A DNA stretch of 56,771 bases, the filler included, from Platydemus manokwari (taxonomy: Eukaryota): assembly GCA_037951405.1 (NCBI GenBank). It is 5 parts of 5 records of this genome, joined end to end, with 100 filler letters (N's around TTAATTAATTAA, not from the genome) between each part and the next. Parts side by side here need not be neighbours in the genome. Positions count along the whole stretch, not along the records: positions 25,459 to 34,373 come from JBBMOY011330317.1; positions 34,474 to 44,490 come from JBBMOY011179212.1; 3 more parts are not named here. One strand, given 5' to 3'. The notes under the pieces were generated by a model. The model worked only from the letters and a program-made list of their open reading frames with translations, made no database searches and was not told the DNA's origin. The position numbers were made by a program, and so were the translations under genes. This document shows positions 29,011 through 41,327 of the stretch, piece by piece (position 1 is the first letter of the stretch; the number at the start of each line of letters is the position of its first letter).

Positions 29011-30007
29011 TCTGCATATGACGATATGTGTTTCAGTTTGGTCGGCTTAAATTAAATTTGTGATTAAAAATGTGCGGATATGAACGCTTTGATTTACTTA
29101 TTTTATAGAAAATTAATAAAAATATCAATGAGTATTTATTGATTAAGAATTAGAAAAATCGCATTTATTTTTCTTTGGTTATGAATTAGTCTTATGGAAT
29201 TGTGTCACTGCATTCGCTACGGAATTTGAAAAAATCAGTCTGAATTTAAGGTTTCCTGGTGTCATACATTCCAAGATAGTTAAAACGAGGAATATAGTGA
29301 CAATGATAAAAACGAGCTTCCAAATTCTTAAATCCTCACTGAGAATAACAGATTTATCTTTTGTTCTAGTTGTTTTAAGACTAGTTTGTGATAAGAATAT
29401 ATAACTATTTTTTGTCTGTGCTTCGAGAATTATCTATAATCATTAGGAGTGGTTAAAATCCGTACTTGAGCATATATCTTACAAAAAAATTATTTTTCAA
29501 CATCCTCATGTTAACTCAAGACACCAGAAAAAATGAAAATAATATAGTTAAAAGTAATATGGATTTTATGTGTAAAAAATTGCACATGATCTGAATCATA
29601 ATGATCGAATCATCGAACATATAGAAGCTTAGAAGGAACTTGAATTTTTGTAGTTTGAGAAGAAGATTAAGTGAACATTTGGCCTCTACTAGATATTTGA
29701 ATTTATCAATCTTTACCACGATTGATTTTCGTGAACCAGGGAAATAGAAAAGAATGGAATGATTGGTGAAGTCTTCATAATTTATCAGAGAAGGAAGTGA
29801 GAAAGAGATTATGTAACTTTTTGTTATTTAAAATTTGGCTTTTTTATTTATTTGGCCTGTTTCGTGGAATGAAGATCCACAGTGACATTAATTACGAATT
29901 TTGATTACCATAAAACATTCGTTACATCATAACTGTAAATTTTAAGAGCTTTGTGAACTTCATAAATTTATAAAAGTAAATAATTTTTATCATTAATAAT
30001 AATAATA

Positions 30008-31114
30008 CAATGAACTCACTGTATAAGCAACTCCTGTGAACCAATTTTTAAAAAAAAGTTTCTTATATAGAAAAGTTGCTTATAGGGAAAAGTGATATAA
30101 AAATATGTATCCCCGAGAAAATATTTTTAGCTATTCATTTGTACACTTCATCTAATTAGAAAAAAATATTTTTAGTTTTGTTTACAAATGAAAACAATTT
30201 TTTATTTTATAAAACTAGATATTAGTTCGGATTTTACAAATTTAAGAATCAAATTTAAATAAATATTTAATTAAAAGCAATACAAATTACTAAACAAAAC
30301 AAGCAATTAAATATATTTTTTCATAATAGCATTTTGTCTCATTCTTTGCAGCAACAGAATCTCATTACAAGGTAAATCATTTTCCTTTGCCCAATCAACC
30401 ACCAAATTAAAAGAATTTATACCATCATCAATGTATATGATATTGTCTCCCGAGTTTATCACTCCCTGTTTAGCAGGAATTATTTCATTTTCTAGCTCTA
30501 TATTTTCTTCAAGGTCAGATAAATAATATACCTCGCTAGCTCCGCTTGCCCAATCCATAATTTCATTATTCTCTAAGTTGTAATCATTAAATGTTGAATC
30601 ATACAATTTTGGTAAGTGAATATCATCTTCTTCAGAAAAGTGAATAGAATTGATATTGTTTTGAATCTTATACTCCGACGGAAAAAGATGTTTAAATGAA
30701 TTCTGTATAATTGATACAGGAATTTCACAACGAAATAAACAACATCTTTTAAATCTAAATTTTTTAATGCAGAAACTATTCGATTTTCTGCTCCTAAAGT
30801 CTCAATACATGCTAGTAAATGTTTTCGATAGCGTTGTTTTAGGGATTTCATAATATTTTGATCCAATGGTTGCAATAGTGACGTATTGTTTGGAGGGTAA
30901 AACATAACTTTAAAATTCGGGTCTCTATTAAAGTTATCTTCCGTTGTCTACTAAGAGTGAAGCTTTAACTTGAAGATTTTTAGATTCTAGGTGTCGAGTT
31001 ACTGAATGTATAAGCATATCATTGTACCTAAGTCAACAATCTATATTCAAAAATGAAGTTGCTTATACAGAGCGATTTAACATTAAAAAAGTTGCTTATA
31101 TAGAGCGTTCACTG
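30008..31114 (-). mobile_element. Internally deleted Tigger/pogo element with TIRs and TA target duplication
   Basis: 25-bp TIRs CAATGAACTCACTGTATAAGCAACT / CAGTGAACGCTCTATATAAGCAACT (21/25) with TA on both sides. FYPPNNTSLLQPLDQNIMKSLKQRYRK motif; subterminal AAGTTGCTTATA repeats. Confidence 0.9.
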
Positions 31115-31129
31115 TATCTGCAATCGGCA

Positions 31130-31410
31130 TTGTAACGAATTCTGATAAATCTCTCTACATAAAAAACTAATTCTTCTAGTTTTTTTATATCTTCTCTACA
31201 TCTTCTTTATATATATATATATATATTCTCCACTCACGTCTCAAAACCCGTCTCATTCTTTTCCATAATTTTCAGTCATTGATATTCTCAGAATCGATGC
31301 GTGGCGGCCGTGTAAGCCGTTACTATTAAATAAAAGATGCATCAAAAACGAATTGAAAAAACGTGACTTAAAATTATATTTCAATGCAATTATTTAATCA
31401 AATTATTTGA
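31130..31410 (+). repeat. Interspersed repeat family, copy C (truncated)
   Basis: GATGCGTGGCGGCCGTGTAAGCCGTTACTA...AAAAACGAATTGAAAA matches copies A and B. Confidence 0.6.
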
Positions 31411-33729
31411 TTTTTTACAAGAAAAATTTCTACAGAATAAATTTATTAATTAAATCTATAAAAATTTCAATTCAATCTAAAATGCTCACAGGGTATGTGA
31501 CGTGGAACTAGTAAATAAAATATGAATCCCGTTGCAGTTCAGTAGCAATAAATACTTGAACAAATGAAAAATAAATCAAACTGCTTACAAATAATCGGTA
31601 ATGTATATGCTTTTCGATATCAGTTAAATTTGCCAGAACACAGATTTTCAAATATGATATCGATTAATTTAATCAAGTAAAAAATGATCATAAAATTATT
31701 AAAAACCCAACGAGGTTTATTATTAACAAATTACGATTGCAGATGAAATATTTTAAAATGATTTTCTCCCGATAAATCTTATTTCCTAGAATCTCAAGTA
31801 CGGCTTTAACAGCATCCTAACATCGAAAAGACGGATTCATGAAATACACCTCCCTACCAATATTGTATCGAATATAGATGATAAATCTAGCCGCAAAACA
31901 TGATATCTCATTATTGATTGCAATGCTATAATTCATTACAAATTACTCCTTAATATTATTTTTTATTTTCCCGACCAACAAAATGCCGGCAATTTAAAAT
32001 CAACAACATTTTATTCCTTGTTGCCTATTTGTATCAGTTTGTGAACATTTCTATCACAATTTATCGGCTCATCAAAAAATAAATTGTTATATTTCGCATT
32101 TGTTGTCGCAAATTATGAACAAGTTCAAATTTATTCTCAGTTAATGAAAATGTCATTAATGTATTAAATATTTTCACTAGATTAAAAAATTTCCGATAAA
32201 ATTAATCAACAATAATTGGCTTAGATTAAGGAAACAAGTCCTTCGATCTAATTTTAATGTAATGATTTTTCTTGTATTATTTAATTTCAAATTTTATTTA
32301 TAAATGATGTGTTGGCTAAAGTTAAGAAAAGAAGTCCTAAAATTAATTTTTAAATTTATTGAATGCATTGCAAAAATCTATATAGTTTATTTAATTAAAT
32401 TCTTTAAAACCTTATTGAATTTATTTATTAAATACACTAAAGCTTAAAAATCTACTAAAATTTTATTATTATAAAAAGAGATCAAAGTAGGTCGAATTGC
32501 AATTAATTGAAAACTAGATAGGACTCCGATTTTAACATTAAAACCAAATTGAGAGATATTTTCAATTTTTCCAATTTTCGATTAGGAACTTGGTTTTAAA
32601 ACCATGTTTTGCGGCTATTAGACATTCTAACAAATGAGATATTAACTGCATTATACGAATAAATCTAACATCTCAATTATATAAAAAATTAAGTTATAAA
32701 ATTATCTCATGAGCGAAAATTCATTATTACACAAGTAGGTCAAAAGACCCCTTTGAAATTTAATTTTAGATGAATAAAACAATGAAATTTTATTAGGAAA
32801 ACAATAATCACAATTTAATGACGATTCAATGTTTTGAATATGGAGTCATATTTTAATGCAATGTTTTATCTCTAAAACTGTCACAGCTCGACACTGGTAT
32901 AGAAAAGAGAACAGGACTATTGTAATTACAATGCTTCTACATGATTCTTTGAGTTTTTAAAAAAAAATTAATTATAAATCGAGTTGGTCAACTGCAGACA
33001 TGTTTAATAATCTAGCACCACTTATTTTATAAAATAATTATCATTATTTAGAGTGTTTTATTAATTTATTAACTTTATATTGATTGGTTTATAATTAATT
33101 ATAATAATTAAAACTGATTTGTAATTAATAATTTTTTATTAATTTTTATAAGAATCAATTTTCGATAATCAAGTATGCAATAATTAATCAAGTTAGATTG
33201 ATCTATGATTTTATATTTTATTTTCATATCGATTTATCATGAAAACAAATTGTATTATTATTCTCATTTCCACAAATACCAAAAGAACATAATTTCTGTT
33301 ATGGTTTCTCAGTCTGAATCAACGAAAATCTGAGAGAGTATCTCAATAAGAGATCCACTAAAATAATGTCGTGTACGTTGTTTCATTAGAAACCTTTCGT
33401 ATGGCTAATATATTGAAAAAGAATTTCTCAAAATCCATACCAAAAAAGTATTTATTTTACCATAATTATGTATTAAATTAGTTTTAAAGAGTTCACTCGT
33501 TTCAAATATCTCTGTTATCTAAATATTTTACTATATCAGTAAGAGAATTAATTAGAAAATATCAGGTTATGTATTTATTGAATTACTCAGATATTATGCA
33601 GGTTATTTAGAATTGAAATTTCTATCCATATCTTGATGATTCTAATTATCAGTTATTAATAAGTCAAGAACATTATTAATAAAGAAATTATTTAAACAAA
33701 TTTTTAATTTCATTTTATATATATATATA

Positions 33730-34373
33730 GTTCTCAACTCCGAGCTGAGCAAGCATTTTTAAAGGGGTCGTGTGTTACAAGATTTATTTAATACAATTTT
33801 GTTGGGATTATTGGATTGATTGTAACCTGCTTAGGTCTGAAAGCTTTGATTCGTGAAGTCAATTTTGCATTTTCATTCATTCATCTCGGCCTTTCGTTGG
33901 GTTGGAATTGTTTGATTCTATTTTGTGTTAGATAAAATCTATCAAAACACTGGTCGAGTGAAAATTCCAGATTTGTGCAGAATGTTCAATATTTTCCTTT
34001 CGGTAACAGTGAGCACATTTGGTTCACTACTACAATAATATTTTTTGATAGAAGATAGTCAACAATTTTGTTCAGGCATGCATCATGGTGAGCAGTTTGT
34101 AGCTTTTTGTTCGGGTTGCAACACTGTAGTACATGTGTCATGGTTTCAGGGAAACTAAGGCAGCGTCGATACTTTTGACTTTCCTCGTTTGACTTCCAAG
34201 GCGATGCATTAATTGCTAGAGTATTTGTTCTAGCTCGATGAATGAACTTAAACGCAAAAGATTTCAGTTCACTATGGGAAATCATCTTATTAATTAGTGG
34301 AGATAGCTTAATTGTATCTGCAATAAAATTACTGCGTTTACTATCAAGCCATTTTGACGAATAAGATTCCTGA
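33730..34373 (-). mobile_element. 3' fragment of RLE-type non-LTR retrotransposon (R2/NeSL-like group)
   Basis: FKFIHRARTNTL, degenerate CCHC knuckle YRRCLSFPETMTHVLQCC, HHDACL. Cut by the assembly gap; ends next to (TA)n. Confidence 0.8.
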
Positions 34374-34473
34374 NNNNNNNNNNNNNNNNNNNNNNNNNNN
34401 NNNNNNNNNNNNNNNNNTTAATTAATTAANNNNNNNNNNNNNNNNNNNNNNNNNNNNNNNNNNNNNNNNNNNN
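34374..34473. other. Assembly gap with artificial linker
   Basis: N44-TTAATTAATTAA-N44. Confidence 0.98.
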
Positions 34474-37400
34474 TTATGTCGAACATTTTATTTGATTGTT
34501 TTGAGGTAAATTTGTATAATTGTGATTAATAGATTATTTATAATTGTTTGTCATTTTTTTATATTCAACAATATTCAATCAGTAGTCATTCGCACGATGA
34601 TGTAAATTATTTGTAGATCGCATCAATTTGAGTTTAGAAATTTGATAGGAATATTGGTGTTAACTTGCTTAAGTAATTTCACATACATAATTTCTTCCAT
34701 ACATAAAGTAAATGCGGTTTCATTATTAGTTTAAATACAATAAATTCCAAATAAATGTTATATTCAAGCCACTGTATATTATCTTCTCCGTCTGCTTTGG
34801 AATTCTGGCAATTCAGTGTTGATTTCTCCAATCTCATTATAATTCTTCATAATTTCATAATATATTTGTAAATGTTCCTGAATATTCGAACCTGGTTGAA
34901 AGAAATTACGTACAACATTAGTAAAAACTTGACTTAATGACCGAAACATCTTAAAAAACTATAGAAAAATACACGATCAAAAGAAAGGTAGCAGACTAGG
35001 CTTTGAAACTGTTCTTTTTGTTGTTAGGGTTCTAAGAACTTGGAAAACACAGACCAGCAATATTGTCCTAACTAAATTAGGGATGGATGAGGAAAAAAAT
35101 TAAAAATGGCTATTTCTTGTATAAAGTCGAATATAAATGTGACGTATCTGCAATGGAGTTTCCAAAGGGGAAAGAAAACAGCAACAAAGACATCTTTAAA
35201 AATAGGGGAAAAGGATATCTCAGACAACAGTCACTGGAAGGCAGAAACAGAATTGATTTTACGATTGATTACACGTGATTCATAGAACAATCAAAGAAAA
35301 TAACCATGTTCATCCCATTAAAGTATGGGTACCTCGATAATCAATGTATATGAATAAATATTTGTATAGCTTGTTGTAAATGAACAAACCACATACGTGC
35401 TACGTTCGGGTCTGCTTGGCATTTTATTAATATTTTGTTGAATTAGTTTGGATCTAAGATCACCGTTGCCTTAATTAGTTTCAGTGAGTTTGTTGTTAAG
35501 TCTTCAGGTGCATTTGTAACTTGTAATTGTTAATTTATCACTTCGCGCCTCAATATCATACGAAGACGATAAAAACGGCAACAGTGTTCTATAACTTACT
35601 ATCAGTCTTATTATGAAAACTCAACCTTAATGACTCTTATTACAAAATTGCCTTAAAGTTGTTGACAGTCTCAATTTACCAACACTTGATAAATAAAAAC
35701 GTTTATTCTGAGCAAATTACCAATGCAACACCAATATAAAAAGTTACATATTGATTTTAAAATACAATATACGTTGAATACTATGCCGAGATTCTTATCT
35801 TATTCTTGAAACAAGTGAAAGTAAATAGACCCCACACTCTTGGAGCAAAACCGATTATCTCAGGAATTTGAGAAAATGTCGAAAATACTTGTTAAACCAT
35901 GATTATAGTGTAGATCATTATACATATTATCGCTTACTTAGCATTAAAGACTTATTGGTAAATGGTCGGACAAATTAACGTGAATTATTACAACATAGTT
36001 GATTACGTACACGAACGAAAGTTATGCTAGTGATTTCTTATGAATTAAAGGGCATCGATTACTGATCTCTCCCTGTTTATACAGTTGTTCTTCATTTATC
36101 TCTTCAATTAATTTTGAATTGCGTCGAATTTATCAAAATTCCCTTAATATTTTGCATATTTGTTACATTATTATTCTGTTTAAGACTGTAGGTTGTGAAA
36201 ATAGCAATTCGGTTGGGTTCAGATTAAAAATGTACAATTTTTAAAAATTATTGACTAATACTTGTATCAGAAGGATTTTATAATAATTATCAAAAGAATT
36301 ATAATACTGTTAGTATATAATCTTTAACTTATCTAGACTCTTATACATAAGGTTGTTACTACTTTCTATTGCTCGGTATTATAATAATAGATAATATTTA
36401 AAATAAATATATATAATCAAAATAAATAAGTCGAAAAAATAAAATTTATTCAATTAATAATCAGATGATTTTATATATTCAAGATAATTACAATTACTAT
36501 TGTGATAAATAAAAGAATCCTCAAGCAAAAAGCATAGGGTGTGCCACTTAGGTGGCCCTGGCAAGTCTCTCAAAAAATTCGATGGGGAACCAGAAATGTG
36601 AGCTTGCGTGATTTTATAAGACCGTAAGGCAAAAACTAGCCTTGGGTCGTGATTTAATTAAAGCAACAAAGAATTTACTAACGTTTATAGCTGGAAAAAT
36701 GAAAATAAAAAATAATTTCTTCCTACTGTAGTAAGCCGGGCAATGAAATCAAATATCAATTGGACATAATTCTCCGGATATCGCGATGAAAATAAAACTT
36801 GTGCAGATGTAAAATCGTGTTTGTCAATATTGTATAGTCGAAATTGTGCCGATATGAAATTTGCGAAAAATGATTATTGATGCAAGTTTATATATGGTTT
36901 TAGATATTGGTATGTCATGCACCTTGTCGCTATTTTTAGTAGCACATGTTACTATTTTTAGTTCGAGTGGTTATTTTTAGTAACTTTTGTTGTTCTTTCG
37001 ATTTATCATAAAATGCAACTTCTACTTTTGGAGTTTAATGCGATTTTTTCTAATAACCTTGATGTTGATGATTTCAATGAGATAAAACAAACTTTAAAAT
37101 TTTATGAATATTTTTGTTTTATTTGAAAAAAATTATATTAATATTTATGATTGTTCGATAATTTGGTTGGGTCAAATGTCCCGAATGGTTCCCAACAATT
37201 CCTATAATGAGAATAATCATTTAATATTATCGGCCTAAATGGATATTTCAAATTCGTTACTTTGATTTTATATTTTTTAAAGTACTTTAGTCATAATTAT
37301 TGATTAATAAAATTAAATTTTAACTATTTTTAATTCTCTTGAACAGATAAAAATTATTAATTGTTAAAAATTGTTACAAACATTAGTTCATGAAATCGTT

Positions 37401-38275
37401 GATACAGTAAATGAATACAGTTATATAGCCATAAACAAAAAACATATTGTTACAAAATTTAACGATTAATTCATACGTGTTAAATGAATTATAGCTGCTT
37501 CATACAAAATAATGTTATTGTTCATGGGGATAATGCCAATTTTCTAGAATTCTCAACATATGTGGAACTCAGTAAACGATCACTGATAACAAACCTGAAT
37601 AAGCAATTCCTTTACAATACAACTACTGCATGAAATCAGATCTTTATTGAAAATAGAAGCACAAATTGTAAGTGGAATAAAAATCATCATAATTTAATGT
37701 GCCAGAAATGACGAACAATAATATCGATTAATAAATGCAATAATATACACAATAGAGAATCAGGAACCAATAACTCGATGGTAAATTTAACGAAAATCAG
37801 TTGCATGTTTATCGACTCTGGCAAAGAATATATAAACAAGACAACCAAAAATTTGTGGGAAGCTAGCAGTTTGAGAAATTTTGATTATCGATTTTGCGTT
37901 ATCGTATTCAATGTTTAACGAAATATTATTTCTCTAAATCCATTTGATGTTTTATTCCGAGTATTTGTTTGGAATATCGGTAGAGATGGAATCCGAGGAA
38001 ATCTTTAATAATACTGTGAATTATGTCGCGATTTAAATTAGTGGGTACAAATGTAATTATTGGCATACCTAAGGGACCCGACATTGATTTTAGTAAACTC
38101 GACATAACGGAGACCAGGTTTGCAATTTTAAAAGGTCTTTAAAAATATAAGCAAAATAAAATCAATTAAATTATACCCAGGAATAACCCGATCAAATTTC
38201 ACCACCTCGACCGGGATTACTTTAAACCTATTTAAGACAGAATTCCTCGTATTGAAAGAAAAAATTCCAAATAAT

Positions 38276-39565
38276 CTAATTGTGAAGCTTTATTCGAGAT
38301 TTTTTCGCTTCCGTTTTGTCAAAATTTTTCTTTCGTTTTTGATGCCTTCGGCTCGATAAATGGGTTTCCCATTGTTGTTGGGAGACAAACAATTGATTAT
38401 CACAAATGTCACAAATCTTTTGACATGGTGTATATTTGACGTCACACCTCAATGGTTCCGGTTCGATTTCCAATTGACTCACAAAATCCGAATATCCCAT
38501 TTCCGGTTTCGAATGTCGTATTTGTTCAATGATTGAAATACTTCGTTGAAAGACATTTTCATGCCACATGGGCACATTCGATGAATCCAATTTGAACAAA
38601 GGAATATTTTCCCTTTCACCTGCTTGTCGTAAGAAACGATTCTTGATCCATTTGTTTTGAATTTTAACATATTGTTTGTTGGCTGTTTTTAACTTTTCAA
38701 TGCATTCTTTCAAGGTTTTCTCTTTTCCAATCTCATCACCATCCTCGAGATAATTGAAATAATCGTGAAATTCTTTGAAACCAATCGCTTGGAAGATTCC
38801 TTTTGTATAATCTTTTGATGGGGAAAGTTTTTCGAATAACTTTTGAATGTCGGATAATTCGTTCAACAATCCCAATCTTATCATTTCATCAACACGTTTA
38901 TCCAGACGAGGAAACAGACTGTCTTTTGCACAAGAAATCCACAACAAAACCACTTCATTCAGACCGAATCGTCGAGATTTTTCTTGTTCATTTAGAAAAT
39001 CGGATTGTGTACGTTGAGAATTCAGAGCTATTGATATTGCTCTCCACACTTTTCGACGATTATTAGGATGGAGTAATGCAGCAGAATCACTATCCAAACC
39101 CTGTAGAATTTCATGCAACTCTTCATTTGTCATTGTATTATATTTATCCATTTGACTATCTACTTGAATATCAATCAATCTTGGCCATAATACCGATTCG
39201 ATATAATAATTTGTACCACCAACTAAAATTGGCATTTTATTTCTACTTTTAATTTCTTTAATTTTTTCAAGAGCCAATTTTTGAAAGTCATGAATTGTAA
39301 AATCCAAAGTTTCAATACTTTTAAAACCCAGAAGATGATGAACAATTCCTTGGCATTCTGACTCTGTAGCTTTATTGGTAGCTATGTCCATTCCTTTATA
39401 AATTTGAAGAGCATCGGCATTAATGATTTCTCCATCATAATACTTGGCAATTTCTATTGAAAGTTTTGTTTTTCCTGTACCTGTAGCACCAGAAACAACA
39501 ACAATTGGAATATTTCGATTTGATATGAAAGAGTTTTTTATCAAAGAAATTAATTTTGAAAGAAA
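38276..39565 (-). CDS. TRIT1: tRNA dimethylallyltransferase (isopentenyltransferase, MiaA/Mod5 family); single exon starting at a splice acceptor
   Basis: P-loop GATGTGKT, NADALQIYKGMDIATNK, PILVGGTNYYIESVL, HPNNRRKV, GIFQAIGFKEF, C-terminal C2H2 finger CDIC...WETHLSSRRH and basic KRKK. Confidence 0.95.
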   Translation of the reverse strand, partial: FLSKLISLIKNSFISNRNIPIVVVSGATGTGKTKLSIEIAKYYDGEIINADALQIYKGMDIATNKATESECQGIVHHLLGFKSIETLDFTIHDFQKLALEKIKEIKSRNKMPILVGGTNYYIESVLWPRLIDIQVDSQMDKYNTMTNEELHEILQGLDSDSAALLHPNNRRKVWRAISIALNSQRTQSDFLNEQEKSRRFGLNEVVLLWISCAKDSLFPRLDKRVDEMIRLGLLNELSDIQKLFEKLSPSKDYTKGIFQAIGFKEFHDYFNYLEDGDEIGKEKTLKECIEKLKTANKQYVKIQNKWIKNRFLRQAGERENIPLFKLDSSNVPMWHENVFQRSISIIEQIRHSKPEMGYSDFVSQLEIEPEPLRCDVKYTPCQKICDICDNQLFVSQQQWETHLSSRRHQKRKKNFDKTEAKKSRIKLHN

Positions 39566-41327
39566 CTAAAAATGTAAAATAATAAAAATAATTTTACTTT
39601 TAAATTAGTACAAAGTTAATGTATTATAGAAACAATTAAAATTATATTTTTTATAATACTATGTAATATTATTGGACATTTTCTAAGTAACAACAAAAAA
39701 TAAATTTATTAAATAAAAAATTATTTTTAATATTAATTTTAGCTTTGAAGTTATTCATTAAAACAGTTAAAAATTATTTTGATAAATTTATTGTTATATT
39801 TATACAATTCTATAATATAATCCTTTTAATTTTCGATAAAAGGGAAAGACAATATCTTGACAAAATTTTCTTTTACAGCGGCACTATTTTATCGAATCTG
39901 ATAGTAAATCCAATGGCAAATCACTTAATAATTGCATAAATATTGTTCCATTAAATTCGCGAAAATTGTTAAAATGCATTGGCCATTTTTTTATTTATCA
40001 CATTTTGATTATTTAAAGATTCTCAAAGTTGCATCTAATTTAATTCGAATCACAAAATATTATTTTTATTTACTGCCAAAAATTGATTTACCAAGGACAA
40101 ATGCCTTGAGCTCGTCAGAAATCTCTGAATTATTTTCAAATGTTTTAGATAATTCGATCACAAAATTGTACCTACATAAAATACTTTAATATTGTTAATG
40201 TTATTGTTGGAATTATCATTTCTGCTGCTGTTTGTTTGAAGTTGGAATAGCAAATATAAAATTTACTTCAACGCCTTTATTTGAGATTTGATATACATCA
40301 TAATCGCTAAATTTATGACAAATTAACGAATATCAAACTTGTTTCAACATTCTCAAGCATAATTACAATTTTCGTCAAAAAAGGATCTAAGAAGTTTATT
40401 TATTTCCATCTTTTTTTAATATTGATACTAAAATGTTTCGTAATTGAAAATTTTCATCTTTAAATTTAAAATTTTGTTTAATTATCTTTAAATAAGTTTT
40501 TTCTGTGAGATTTAGTAGAGTAAGCAATAATTTCAGACAAAATAAATTTACAAGTTTTGTATACTGTCAGAATTTTAATTGACTCTGAATGCTGAAAATT
40601 ATAATTTAAATTACAATGAACTACCAACTCAGCTTGACTCCCAACACAATTGAACATCACCATAACCCAACAATAAATAATCATTCAAGATGGGATTAGC
40701 ACCAGAAAGTAGAATATAGATATCACAAAGACTGGATGTCAGAAAAATCACGTAAAGTCATACAGAATGAGAGCTACAGACCAAAAGGACTGGCAGTTGA
40801 TGTCAAAAATGAACTCTTTATGATGTTCCTGCATACATTATTAAATTGATTTATTTAAATAAAGTTTTTAGAATATTCTATTCATTTTTATTTTTTTTAT
40901 TTTATTATGAATGATTTTTTTAGAATTTATTTTATTTTTAAAATTTTATTTTTACGTACTCAATAATATTACTTCTCGCAAAAATAGTCTACCATATTAG
41001 TTTACAAATGAATGGCGTTTAATTTTTCAATTTTATATTTTTGAAATTTAAAATATTTTATGTCTGTGAATAAAGAGATTTTTGTACGAAACTTATTGTT
41101 TTCGGAAGACGAAATGATTATTTGATATATTTAAATTAGAAAACTAATTTCAAATATGATAAATATAATATAGTTTCTCAATTCACGGATATTAAAATAT
41201 GATTGCAAATGATCATTCAGTCACTGATGTTCACTAGATATAATTCTTGTTATGAATTATTAAACATCATTGTCTAAAGTTCAATAAATATATCATTTAA
41301 CATCATCTAATTCGATTTTCACTTATC

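Noticed and set aside
35087-35278. Chromodomain-like RKKIKNGYFLYKVEY
   Set aside because: Lacks the conserved Trp residues and downstream motif
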